Shown in pieces: positions 1 through 10,286 of a stretch of DNA of 64,000 nt. Position numbers and translations under genes: made by a program. The stretch's first letter is position 1. Each line of letters begins with the position of its first letter. Under the pieces are notes generated by a model, which was not told the DNA's origin, ran no database searches, and was given only the letters and a program-made list of their open reading frames with translations. Location: the NCBI GenBank assembly GCA_040954595.2, contig CM082588.2, positions 10,648,844 through 10,712,843 of the forward strand. The letters are read 5' to 3'. Source of the stretch: Balanoglossus misakiensis. Its lineage: Eukaryota > Animalia > Hemichordata.

Positions 1-1370
1 ATATCAATGACTTTTATACATTGATGGGCATCACAGATCAGGCAGTGCACAAGTGTGATCGCTCTGTACAAACTGACATGGAGATTGATATTTCAAGAAG
101 CCTGTCAATGTGCAACCCGGAGGTTTTGCGGGATGCTATTGTTAACCCTAGTAGTATTTCTGAACCAGTGCTTTCGATTGACGAGCCAGTAACATGTACC
201 ATTGCCAATGTTGCCTCTGAACACACAGGTTGTTTTGATACCTCTGTTAGCAGGGATAATGTTGACAAATACCTTTGTAAAACTCATACAGTTGATTTGA
301 TAGAACCTGATATTGAGACTGATCTTGACAAGCAAATCCCTATTGAATCACTAGCCCATACCGTCGGTGATACCACTGAATTTGCATGTGAGATTAGCGC
401 TCATGGTTCATCTGACGGTATGATCAGTGATGACCACGATGTCTTTGTTAGTGATATGTTTACTGTGGAAAATGTTCCAAATATGGGGCCTCCCAACCCC
501 ACCCTTGTTGATCACAGTGTTCCAGACACTTATCCACTGGGCAATGATATGCAGTATTCTGAGTTATCAGATACTCCCGTGGGCGGGGATGTCTGTCCCC
601 CGTCGTCATGGCCACAAGGGTCACCCCTTGATTTAAAGCAGAGGTAGATAAGTCTAAACAAGACTCTCATGACTGTGACAGCAATTTAATTCCTAAATTG
701 AACCATAGAGTCAAAAGTGCAGGTACGGAGTGTAATATCAATGACTTTTATACATTGATGGGCATCACAGATCAGGCAGTGCACAAGTGTGATCGCTCTG
801 TACAAACTGACATGGAGATTGATATTTCAAGAAGCCTGTCAATGTGCAACCCGGAGGTTTTGCGGGATGCTATTGTTAACCCTAGTAGTATTTCTGAACC
901 AGTGCTTTCGATTGACGAGCCAGTAACATGTACCATTGCCAATGTTGCCTCTGAACACACAGGTTGTTTTGATACCTCTGTTAGCAGGGATAATGTTGAC
1001 AAATACCTTTGTAAAACTCATACAGTTGATTTGATAGAACCTGATATTGAGACTGATCTTGACAAGCAAATCCCTATTGAATCACTAGCCCATACCGTCG
1101 GTGATACCACTGAATTTGCATGTGAGATTAGCGCTCATGGTTCATCTGACGGTATGATCAGTGATGACCACGATGTCTTTGTTAGTGACATGTTTACTGT
1201 GGAAAATGTTCCAAATATGGGGCCTCCCAACCCCACCCTTGTTGATCACAGTGTTCCAGACACTTATCCACTGGGCAATGATATGCAGTATTCTGAGTTA
1301 TCAGATACTCCCGTGGGCGGGGATGTCTGTCCCCCGTCGTCATGGCCACAAGCGTCACCCCCTGATTTAA
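1..1370 (+). repeat. Internal 734-bp tandem duplication in copy 1 (first unit cut by the window edge)
   Basis: 1-634 recurs at 735-1368; identical small ORFs are offset by 734 (38/772, 105/839, 427/1161). Confidence 0.97.
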
Positions 1371-3037
1371 CAGAAGTTATAACCGTTCATGACATAGTTG
1401 TTGAATCAGGTTTACCAAATTCTCAATTTTGCAGAATACCCGTTTCATCAAATCTTCAAATCCCAATTTGGCGAGCCGAATTGCAGCAATATGATGACAA
1501 AATCATCTGCGATTACCTACAATATGGTTGGCCCGTCTACTATACAGCCTCAGAATTGCCATACTCTACAGTGAAAAACCACCCATCAGCTATAAATTAC
1601 TCGGCGCATGTCGACAACTGGATCATTAACGAAGTCGCAGCCGGGGCTACAGCGGGTCCGTTCTTAACTAACCCCCTTGCCACACCACTCAGTACTTCCC
1701 CCATTCAGACTGTCGAAAAAAAAGATAGTGTTAATCGGCGTATAGTCTTTGATCTTAGTTCCCCAATCCACCATTCAGTAAATGACGGTATCCCCAAAGG
1801 GGAATATCTTGGGGAGAGTTTTCAGCTTCAATATCCTTCCATTGATGATTTCACTGCAATGATGACCCGTAAGGGCAGGGGATGCCTCCTATTTAAGCGC
1901 GATTTAAGCAGAGCTTATCGGCAAATACCAGTCGATCCAGCGGACTACCATTTGCTGGGCTACACGTGGCGTAATTTATTGTTCTTTGACCTTACATTGC
2001 CATTTGGCTTGCGAACCGCAGCGCTAGCCTGCCAGCGCACCACTAATGCGGTTTCTTATATCTATTCCACGAAAGGGTATGACTGTGTTAATTACCTTGA
2101 CGACTTCGGTGGTGCAGAGACCTCCAACAAAGCCCACAAGGCATTTGCGGAGCTAGGTGACACGCTGGATAGACTGGGTTTGCAAGAAGCCAAACACAAA
2201 GCGGTGCCCCCGTCATCAATCATGACTTTTCTTGGAATCCAGTTGAACTCCCTTACAATGACTATGGAAGTTACTCCTGACCGGCTTAATGAAATAGAGC
2301 AAGAGCTGGGTGTATGGGTCACTAAAACAAAAGCAACTAAGCGCGAGCTGCAATCACTCATAGGCAAGCTTTCCTTTATTGCCAAATGTGTCAAGCCTGG
2401 TAGGCTATTCCTGGCGAGAATGCTAGATGTGTTGCGTACCGTCACCCGCAATCACTACCATATCTATCTAAACAGTGATTTCAAGGCAGATCTACGGTGG
2501 TGGATTAATTTCATTAGGGTTTATAATGGGGTGTCTCTCATTAAAGAGTCAGGTTGGTGCCCGCCAGATGAAATATTTTCTTCGGATGCATGCCCAACAG
2601 GGGGAGGGGGGCTTTGCGACAACGAGTATTTCCACGTGGAGTTCCCTGACTTTGTAAAGGTTGGGGACCCTTACATTAATGCCCTCGAATTACTCACTAT
2701 TACTATAGCGGCAAAAATTTGGGGTGATAGATGGTCTGGAAAGAAAATACAGGTCTCTTGCGACAACCAGGCAACAGTTTGGGTCATTAATACCGGTAGA
2801 GCTAGGGATAAACTAATGCTGTCTTGCTTGAGGGAATTATGGCTGGTAGCAGCGATTCACGAGTTTGAGCTACGTGCTGTGCACATCGCAGGCACCGAGA
2901 ACCGGCTGGCTGATGCGCTCAGTCGCTGGCATCTTGACCCAAGTTATGAGCAACTCTTCAAATCATCTGTTAATATTTCTCAAATGACCGAGCACCCAGT
3001 CGCCGAGGATGACATTCGCTTTCTCAATGAGTGGTGA
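698..3037 (+). CDS. Reverse transcriptase + RNase H ORF (open frame; starts at TTG, first ATG at 758)
   Basis: RT motifs RRIVFDLS, KRDLSRAYRQIPV, LPFGLR, YLDD, FLGI; RNase H motifs SDAC, ALELL, CDNQ, NRLADALSR. Confidence 0.95.
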   Translation: MNHRVKSAGTECNINDFYTLMGITDQAVHKCDRSVQTDMEIDISRSLSMCNPEVLRDAIVNPSSISEPVLSIDEPVTCTIANVASEHTGCFDTSVSRDNVDKYLCKTHTVDLIEPDIETDLDKQIPIESLAHTVGDTTEFACEISAHGSSDGMISDDHDVFVSDMFTVENVPNMGPPNPTLVDHSVPDTYPLGNDMQYSELSDTPVGGDVCPPSSWPQASPPDLTEVITVHDIVVESGLPNSQFCRIPVSSNLQIPIWRAELQQYDDKIICDYLQYGWPVYYTASELPYSTVKNHPSAINYSAHVDNWIINEVAAGATAGPFLTNPLATPLSTSPIQTVEKKDSVNRRIVFDLSSPIHHSVNDGIPKGEYLGESFQLQYPSIDDFTAMMTRKGRGCLLFKRDLSRAYRQIPVDPADYHLLGYTWRNLLFFDLTLPFGLRTAALACQRTTNAVSYIYSTKGYDCVNYLDDFGGAETSNKAHKAFAELGDTLDRLGLQEAKHKAVPPSSIMTFLGIQLNSLTMTMEVTPDRLNEIEQELGVWVTKTKATKRELQSLIGKLSFIAKCVKPGRLFLARMLDVLRTVTRNHYHIYLNSDFKADLRWWINFIRVYNGVSLIKESGWCPPDEIFSSDACPTGGGGLCDNEYFHVEFPDFVKVGDPYINALELLTITIAAKIWGDRWSGKKIQVSCDNQATVWVINTGRARDKLMLSCLRELWLVAAIHEFELRAVHIAGTENRLADALSRWHLDPSYEQLFKSSVNISQMTEHPVAEDDIRFLNEW

Positions 3038-4056
3038 CTGATTTTATTTTTATTTCAGATCACTGCCAAACTATCCAAGCCTTAGACGCTCAAATCGCTA
3101 TCTCAATGAGGTCAGCATTAGCGGAAGGAACTCGTCGGAATTTGTCGTCACAGTTGAAGAGTTACTTCCTGTTTTGTCAGTTTTTCAATTTTACTCCTGT
3201 TCCAGCATCTGTTCTTACAGTGTGTAGATTTATCCAGTTTCTTGCAAGATCAGTAACTGCTACTGGCACCATTCAGAATTATTTGTACGCAATTCGTACC
3301 TTGCATAGAATCCATGGCTTCACGCCATTGGCCGCTGATCAGTATGTTGTCAAATTACTTTTGAAATGTCTTTCCCGTAGCACTTTCCAGCCGGTGAGGC
3401 AGAAATTACCCATCACCCCCCAGTTGTTGCTACAGTTTTTCGGGCTTCTAGATGTGGCTGTTCCATTCGATGTTACTTTGTGGGCATGCCTTTTGATAGG
3501 GTTTTTCTCCTTTTTTCGCAAGTCAAATCTTGTTCCGAAGTCTGCAACCGACTTTGATCCGGCTAAACACCTCTGTAGGGGTAAAGTCATTTCCTCAGAT
3601 TCTGGCCTTATAATCGGCGTGACTTGGTCAAAAACCATTCAGTTTCGCGAACGCTGTTTGACTATTCCACTTGCCCGCATTCCAGGTTCGGTGTTGTGCC
3701 CTTTACAGGCATACAATCACATGTGTGAGATCATCCCAGCCCCACCCTCTAGCCCAGCATTTGTTTTTCCCAAATGTGGCAAATTGGTCCCCTTGACCCA
3801 TTCAGGGCTGGTGAAAAGTATCAAATGTTTAGTTCAGAGGGCAGGCTTTCCTGCTGACATGTACTCGGGTCACAGCCTCCGTCGTGGGGGTGCAACCTTT
3901 GCATTCGAAAGTGGGGTCCCTGGGGAGCTTATCAAACTCCAAGGGGATTGGCAATCCAGCGCGTATCTCCGTTATCTTAACATTCCATTTCAGACTCGTT
4001 ATCTGGTGTCCTTTCAAATGGGTCAGCATATTAAAGACATCTCCGCGTCACACTGA
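3031..4056 (+). CDS. Tyrosine recombinase, intact frame; probably entered by splicing at 3059
   Basis: Catalytic set FFRKSNL (R), WSKT (K), GHSLRRGGAT (HxxR), GDWQS, YLRY (Y). Confidence 0.95.
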   Translation: MVTDFIFISDHCQTIQALDAQIAISMRSALAEGTRRNLSSQLKSYFLFCQFFNFTPVPASVLTVCRFIQFLARSVTATGTIQNYLYAIRTLHRIHGFTPLAADQYVVKLLLKCLSRSTFQPVRQKLPITPQLLLQFFGLLDVAVPFDVTLWACLLIGFFSFFRKSNLVPKSATDFDPAKHLCRGKVISSDSGLIIGVTWSKTIQFRERCLTIPLARIPGSVLCPLQAYNHMCEIIPAPPSSPAFVFPKCGKLVPLTHSGLVKSIKCLVQRAGFPADMYSGHSLRRGGATFAFESGVPGELIKLQGDWQSSAYLRYLNIPFQTRYLVSFQMGQHIKDISASH

Positions 4057-4100
4057 TTTTACTGTGGCACTAGCAGAGAGGCGGACCGGGTTTGGCAGTG

Positions 4101-4370
4101 GTTGGGCCTGCAAGAGCCCCCAGTTCACGTAAATAAATAATGGCTCTTGCCTTCAGCTGCCAAACCTGTGTCCTTGGTTTGTGTGTTAGAGAGATCTCAA
4201 GTAATTTAGGTAACATTGCGATCAACGGCATAATGTTACCCAATTAAGCAACTCGAAAAGGGGCGCCCTCAACCTCAAACGAGCCTCAAAAATCCCATAA
4301 TCCATCACTCACGGCCACTTCAAGGGTTCGGAGCGTGTCCTGCAGTGCACGCTCTCTCTGCCTCAATTTC
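4101..4370 (+). repeat. Split direct repeats at the copy1/copy2 junction: B (4101-4206) then A (about 4207-4370)
   Basis: B recurs at 9763-9868 and 10181-10286. A recurs at 9869-10032 with 4 substitutions. Confidence 0.95.
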
Positions 4371-4387
4371 AATTTCTCACCGTTATT

Positions 4388-6304
4388 ATGGAGAACGCTG
4401 AACAACAGCTGCTGGATTTGGGAATAGAGCCCAGTCCAGTCGCCAAAAAGGGACCTGCAACTCGCAGTAAGACTACGACAAGAGCATCGACCGGTCGAAA
4501 AGTTCGCGTGGTCCCCCCCACCAAACTTTCCAAAGTACCAATGGCGTCAGATCGTTCGAAAGGCGGGAAATGTAGCAAACCTGTCAAGGAAGAAGACACT
4601 TCATCTGACGGGGAAGATGTGAGGTCAGAGAAAGAGAAGTTGCAGGCGGAGATAGCGAGACTGCAGGAGCAATCTGAAGTAGACAATTTAAGAAAACAAC
4701 TAAAAGAAATGAAACTGGAGAAGGAACGACGCAGCCCGCCAGCTGCTTCGAGCGGAAGTCCCAGAAGTCACGACCTGAGTCAACTCACGCTACCCGATCT
4801 CAAGAGGATGGCGAAAGAAGACTCACAATTGCAGTGGTCGTTACCATCAGGCAGTCCGTGGCTACCAGCGACAGGGGCCGCTGGTGGCAGTGAAGACCTC
4901 CAACCGAACCAACTCCTGGCACAGTCCGGTTTATACACAGCAGCGCAGAGCAAAGCAGGTAACGTACCAATGAAATCGATGCGGTTCAACACCAGAACCG
5001 ATCGTGTGCGACAGCACGTCCTATGGCCGCACATGTTCGTCAGGGCTCGGACATTCTCGGGCGCCCCACCAAAATTCGATGATATGTCAATGGCGGAATT
5101 TGTGGAAGGTAATCTCGCGATAGTGCAACTTCCTACTTTGAGTGACACAGAGAAACAGCAGCGATTACAACACTTACAGTCGCTTATGAAAGACGCCAAT
5201 TTGTTCCCCTGGGACGCCATCTTGAAGTTCGAGGGCGCGCTCCTCTCTGACATGGAGTCAGGACTCAGAACATGGGCAAATGACACCGCAGATCTGAGAG
5301 AGCTATATTTGCTGCCGCGTATCGGCGAGATCAGACGGGATAAAACAGCGGACAAATCCAAAAAGAAGGATCAGATTAATGTATGTTTCAAATACCAAAG
5401 TAACAAGTGCGAGAAGGAGGATTGCGCATTCAAACACATATGTGAAGCCTGCATGAAGTTGCGTAACAACCTGGCCAAGCATCCCAAGATTGCCAGCCCC
5501 TGGAAGGATAAGGCCTTTAGAGAGCAAGAGAGCAACAAGTTGACCGATAGTTCTGGCAAAGCAGAGGTAGATAAGTCTAAACAAGACTCTCATGACTGTG
5601 ACAGCAATTTAATTCCTAAATTGAACCATAGAGTCAAAAGTGCAGGCACGGAGTGTAATATCAATGACTTTTATACATTGATGGGCATCACAGATCAGGC
5701 AGTGCACAAGTGTGATCGCTCTGTACAAACTGACATGGAGATTGATATTTCAAGAAGCCTGTCAATGTGCAACCCGGAGGTTTTGCGGGATGCTATTGTT
5801 AACCCTAGTAGTATTTCTGAACCAGTGCTTTCGATTGACGAGCCAGTAACATGTACCATTGCCAATGTTGCCTCTGAACACACAGGTTGTTTTGATACCT
5901 CTGTTAGCAGGGATAATGTTGACAAATACCTTTGTAAAACTCATACAGTTGATTTGATAGAACCTGATATTGAGACTGATCTTGACAAGCAAATCCCTAT
6001 TGAATCACTAGCCCATACCGTCGGTGATACCACTGAATTTGCATGTGAGATTAGCGCTCATGGTTCATCTGACGGTATGATCAGTGATGACCACGATGTC
6101 TTTGTTAGTGATATGTTTACTGTGGAAAATGTTCCAAATATGGGGCCTCCCAACCCCACCCTTGTTGATCACAGTGTTCCAGACACTTATCCACTGGGCA
6201 ATGATATGCAGTATTCTGAGTTATCAGATACTCCCGTGGGCGGGGATGTCTGTCCCCCGTCGTCATGGCCACAAGCGTCACCCCTTGATTTAAAGCAGAG
6301 GTAG
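4388..6304 (+). CDS. ORF1 (Gag-like, coiled coil plus Cys/His zinc finger), terminated at the 734-bp duplication junction
   Basis: ATG just after repeat A; charged coiled-coil segment; VCFKYQSNKC...CAFKHICEAC...H finger; continues in frame into the N-terminal part of the RT ORF. Confidence 0.85.
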   Translation: MENAEQQLLDLGIEPSPVAKKGPATRSKTTTRASTGRKVRVVPPTKLSKVPMASDRSKGGKCSKPVKEEDTSSDGEDVRSEKEKLQAEIARLQEQSEVDNLRKQLKEMKLEKERRSPPAASSGSPRSHDLSQLTLPDLKRMAKEDSQLQWSLPSGSPWLPATGAAGGSEDLQPNQLLAQSGLYTAAQSKAGNVPMKSMRFNTRTDRVRQHVLWPHMFVRARTFSGAPPKFDDMSMAEFVEGNLAIVQLPTLSDTEKQQRLQHLQSLMKDANLFPWDAILKFEGALLSDMESGLRTWANDTADLRELYLLPRIGEIRRDKTADKSKKKDQINVCFKYQSNKCEKEDCAFKHICEACMKLRNNLAKHPKIASPWKDKAFREQESNKLTDSSGKAEVDKSKQDSHDCDSNLIPKLNHRVKSAGTECNINDFYTLMGITDQAVHKCDRSVQTDMEIDISRSLSMCNPEVLRDAIVNPSSISEPVLSIDEPVTCTIANVASEHTGCFDTSVSRDNVDKYLCKTHTVDLIEPDIETDLDKQIPIESLAHTVGDTTEFACEISAHGSSDGMISDDHDVFVSDMFTVENVPNMGPPNPTLVDHSVPDTYPLGNDMQYSELSDTPVGGDVCPPSSWPQASPLDLKQR

Positions 6305-7027
6305 ATAAGTCTAAACAAGACTCTCATGACTGTGACAGCAATTTAATTCCTAAATTGAACCATAGAGTCAAAAGTGCAGGCACGGAGTGTAATATCAATG
6401 ACTTTTATACATTGATGGGCATCACAGATCAGGCAGTGCACAAGTGTGATCGCTCTGTACAAACTGACATGGAGATTGATATTTCAAGAAGCCTGTCAAT
6501 GTGCAACCCGGAGGTTTTGCGGGATGCTATTGTTAACCCTAGTAGTATTTCTGAACCAGTGCTTTCGATTGACGAGCCAGTAACATGTACCATTGCCAAT
6601 GTTGCCTCTGAACACACAGGTTGTTTTGATACCTCTGTTAGCAGGGATAATGTTGACAAATACCTTTGTAAAACTCATACAGTTGATTTGATAGAACCTG
6701 ATATTGAGACTGATCTTGACAAGCAAATCCCTATTGAATCACTAGCCCATACCGTCGGTGATACCACTGAATTTGCATGTGAGATTAGCGCTCATGGTTC
6801 ATCTGACGGTATGATCAGTGATGACCACGATGTCTTTGTTAGTGATATGTTTACTGTGGAAAATGTTCCAAATATGGGGCCTCCCAACCCCACCCTTGTT
6901 GATCACAGTGTTCCAGACACTTATCCACTGGGCAATGATATGCAGTATTCTGAGTTATCAGATACTCCCGTGGGCGGGGATGTCTGTCCCCCGTCGTCAT
7001 GGCCACAAGCGTCACCCCCTGATTTAA
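5558..7027 (+). repeat. Internal 734-bp tandem duplication in copy 2
   Basis: aaagcagaggtagataag occurs at 5558 and 6292; the junction gatttaa/aaagcag has short A microhomology. Confidence 0.97.
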
Positions 7028-8698
7028 CAGAAGTTATAACCGTTCATGACATAGTTGTTGAATCAGGTTTACCAAATTCTCAATTTTGCAGAATACCCGT
7101 TTCATCAAATCTTCAAATCCCAATTTGGCGAGCCGAATTGCAGCAATATGATGACAAAATCATCTGCGATTACCTACAATATGGTTGGCCCGTCTACTAT
7201 ACAGCCTCAGAATTGCCATACTCTACAGTGAAAAACCACCCATCAGCTATAAATTACTCGGCGCATGTCGACAACTGGATCATTAACGAAGTCGCAGCCG
7301 GGGCTACAGCGGGTCCGTTCTTAACTAACCCCCTTGCCACACCACTCAGTACTTCCCCCATTCAGACTGTCGAAAAAAAAGATAGTGTTAATCGGCGTAT
7401 AGTCTTTGATCTTAGTTCCCCAATCCACCATTCAGTAAATGACGGTATCCCCAAAGGGGAATATCTTGGGGAGAGTTTTCAGCTTCAATATCCTTCCATT
7501 GATGATTTCACTGCAATGATGACCCGTAAGGGCAGGGGATGCCTCCTATTTAAGCGCGATTTAAGCAGAGCTTATCGGCAAATACCAGTTGATCCAGCGG
7601 ACTACCATTTGCTGGGCTACACGTGGCGTAATTTATTGTTCTTTGACCTTACATTGCCATTTGGCTTGCGAACCGCAGCGCTAGCCTGCCAGCGCACCAC
7701 TAATGCGGTTTCTTATATCTATTCCACGAAAGGGTATGACTGTGTTAATTACCTTGACGACTTCGGTGGTGCAGAGACCTCCAACAAAGCCCACAAGGCA
7801 TTTGCGGAGCTAGGTGACACGCTGGATAGACTGGGTTTGCAAGAAGCCAAACACAAAGCGGTGCCCCCGTCATCAATCATGACTTTTCTTGGAATCCAGT
7901 TGAACTCCCTTACAATGACTATGGAAGTTACTCCTGACCGGCTTAATGAAATAGAGCAAGAGCTGGGTGTATGGGTCACTAAAACAAAAGCAACTAAGCG
8001 CGAGCTGCAATCACTCATAGGCAAGCTTTCCTTTATTGCCAAATGTGTCAAGCCTGGTAGGCTATTCCTGGCGAGAATGCTAGATGTGTTGCGTACCGTC
8101 ACCCGCAATCACTACCATATCTATCTAAACAGTGATTTCAAGGCAGATCTACGGTGGTGGATTAATTTCATTAGGGTTTATAATGGGGTGTCTCTCATTA
8201 AAGAGTCAGGTTGGTGCCCGCCAGATGAAATATTTTCTTCGGATGCATGCCCAAAAGGGGGGGGGGGGGGGGCTTTGCGACAACGAGTATTTCCACGTGG
8301 AGTTCCCTGACTTTGTAAAGGTTGGGGACCCTCACATTAATGCCCTCGAATTACTCACTATTACTATAGCGGCAAAAATTTGGGGTGATAGATGGTCTGG
8401 AAAGAAAATACAGGTCTCTTGCGACAACCAGGCAACAGTTTGGGTCATTAATACCGGTAGAGCTAGGGATAAACTAATGCTGTCTTGCTTGAGGGAATTA
8501 TGGCTGGTAGCAGCGATTCACGAGTTTGAGCTACGTGCTGTGCACATCGCAGGCACCGAGAACCGGCTGGCTGATGCGCTCAGTCGCTGGCATCTTGACC
8601 CAAGTTATGAGCAACTCTTCAAATCATCTGTTAATATTTCTCAAATGACCGAGCACCCAGTCGCCGAGGATGACATTCGCTTTCTCAATGAGTGGTGA
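6355..8698 (+). pseudogene. RT-RNase H of copy 2, frameshifted (+4) in the G run at 8257-8272
   Basis: Matches 698-3037 except a few SNPs and G16 replacing gggggagggggg. Confidence 0.85.
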
Positions 8699-9718
8699 CT
8701 GATTTTATTTTTATTTCAGATCACTGCCAAACTATCCAAGCCTTAGACGCTCAAATCGCTATCTCAATGAGGTCAGCATTAGCGGAAGGAACTCGTCGGA
8801 ATTTGTCGTCACAGTTGAAGAGTTACTTCCTGTTTTGTCAGTTTTTCAATTTTACTCCTGTTCCAGCATCTGTTCTTACAGTGTGTAGATTTATCCAGTT
8901 TCTTGCAAGATCAGTAACTGCTACTGGCACCATTCAGAATTATTTGTACGCAATTCGTACCTTGCATAGAATCCATGGCTTCACGCCATTGGCCGCTGAT
9001 CAGTATGTTGTCAAATTACTTTTGAAATGTCTTTCCCGTAGCACTTTCCAGCCAGTGAGGCAGAAATTACCCATCACCCCCCCCGTTGTTGCTACAGTTT
9101 TTCGGGCTTCTAGATGTGGCTGTTCCATTCGATGTTACTTTGTGGGCATGCCTTTTGATAGGGTTTTTCTCCTTTTTTCGCAAGTCAAATCTTGTTCCGA
9201 AGTCTGCAACCGACTTTGATCCGGCTAAACACCTCTGTAGGGGTAAAGTCATTTCCTCAGATTCTGGCCTTATAATCGACGTGACTTGGTCAAAAACCAT
9301 TCAGTTTCGCGAACGCTGTTTGACTATTCCACTTGCCCACATTCCAGGTTCGGTGTTGTGCCCTTTACAGGCATACAATCACATGTGTGAGATCATCCCA
9401 GCCCCACCCTCTAGCCCAGCATTTGTTTTTCCCAAATGTGGCAAATTGGTCCCCTTGACCCATTCAGGGCTGGTGAAAAGTATCAAATGTTTAGTTCAGA
9501 GGGCAGGCTTTCCTGCTGACATGTACTCAGGTCACAGCCTCCGTCGTGGGGGTGCAACCTTTGCATTCGAAAGTGGGGTCCCTGGGGAGCTTATCAAACT
9601 CCAAGGGGATTGGCAATCCAGCGCGTATCTCCGTTATCTTAACATTCCATTTCAGACTCGTTATCTGGTGTCCTTTCAAATGGGTCAGCATCTTAAAGAC
9701 ATCTCCGCGTCACACTGA
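8692..9718 (+). pseudogene. YR of copy 2, frameshifted (+1) in the C run at 9077-9084
   Basis: ORFs 8692-9219 and 9086-9718 together match 3031-4056; C8 replaces cccccca. Confidence 0.85.
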
Positions 9719-9762
9719 TTTTACTGTGGCACTAGCAGAGAGGCGGACCGGGTTTGGCAGTG

Positions 9763-10286
9763 GTTGGGCCTGCAAGAGCCCCCAGTTCACGTAAATAAAT
9801 AATGGCTCTTGCCTTCAGCTGCCAAACCTGTGTCCTTGGTTTGTGTGTTAGAGAGATCTCAAGTAATTTAGGTAACATTGCGATCAACGGCATAATGTTA
9901 CCCAATTAAGCAACTCGAAAAGGGGCGCCCTCAACCTCAAACGAGCCTCAAAAATCCCATAATCCATCACTCACGACCACTTCAAGGGTTCTGAGCGTGT
10001 CCTGCAATGCTCGCTCTCTCTGCCTCAATTTCCCCACCCGCCCGCCCTCAACAAATAAGATGTGTATTTGCAGATTTACAGTGGTTCTCTGGTCAATACT
10101 GTACTTCACGATTGTAACCTTTTTCATCCATGTATTTTGCAATGGTCCTTTCATCATTGCGAGTTGTTATTCCCAGTTGTGTTGGGCCTGCAAGAGCACC
10201 CAGTTCACATAAATAAATAATGGCTCTTGCCTTCAGCTGCCAAACCTGTGTCCTTGTTTTGTGTGTTAGAGAGATCTCAAATAATT
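9763..10286 (+). repeat. 3' split direct repeats B1 (9763-9868), A2 (9869-10032), unique spacer, B2 (10181-10286)
   Basis: Direct sequence comparison; each B contains AATAAA followed by a GT-rich tract. Confidence 0.95.

Larger units (their letters stand above)
1..4206 (+). mobile_element. Tyrosine-recombinase retrotransposon (DIRS order, Ngaro-type), copy 1, 5' part outside the window
   Basis: RT-RNase H ORF, then YR ORF, then repeat B1 (4101-4206). No methyltransferase ORF. Position 1 aligns to 5658 of copy 2. Confidence 0.93.
4204..10286 (+). mobile_element. Ngaro-type YR retrotransposon, copy 2, full length: A1-ORF1-RT/RH-YR-B1-A2-B2
   Basis: Complete split-direct-repeat layout. The 3' end ...gagatctcaaata-ATT joins the satellite sequence ggggaaaatc. 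Confidence 0.95.

Noticed and set aside
3031-4056. Prophage or integron integrase with a retron- or DGR-like RT
   Set aside because: RT plus RNase H, a Gag-like zinc finger and split direct repeats fit a DIRS-order retrotransposon. The 734-bp repeats show no adenine-specific variation.
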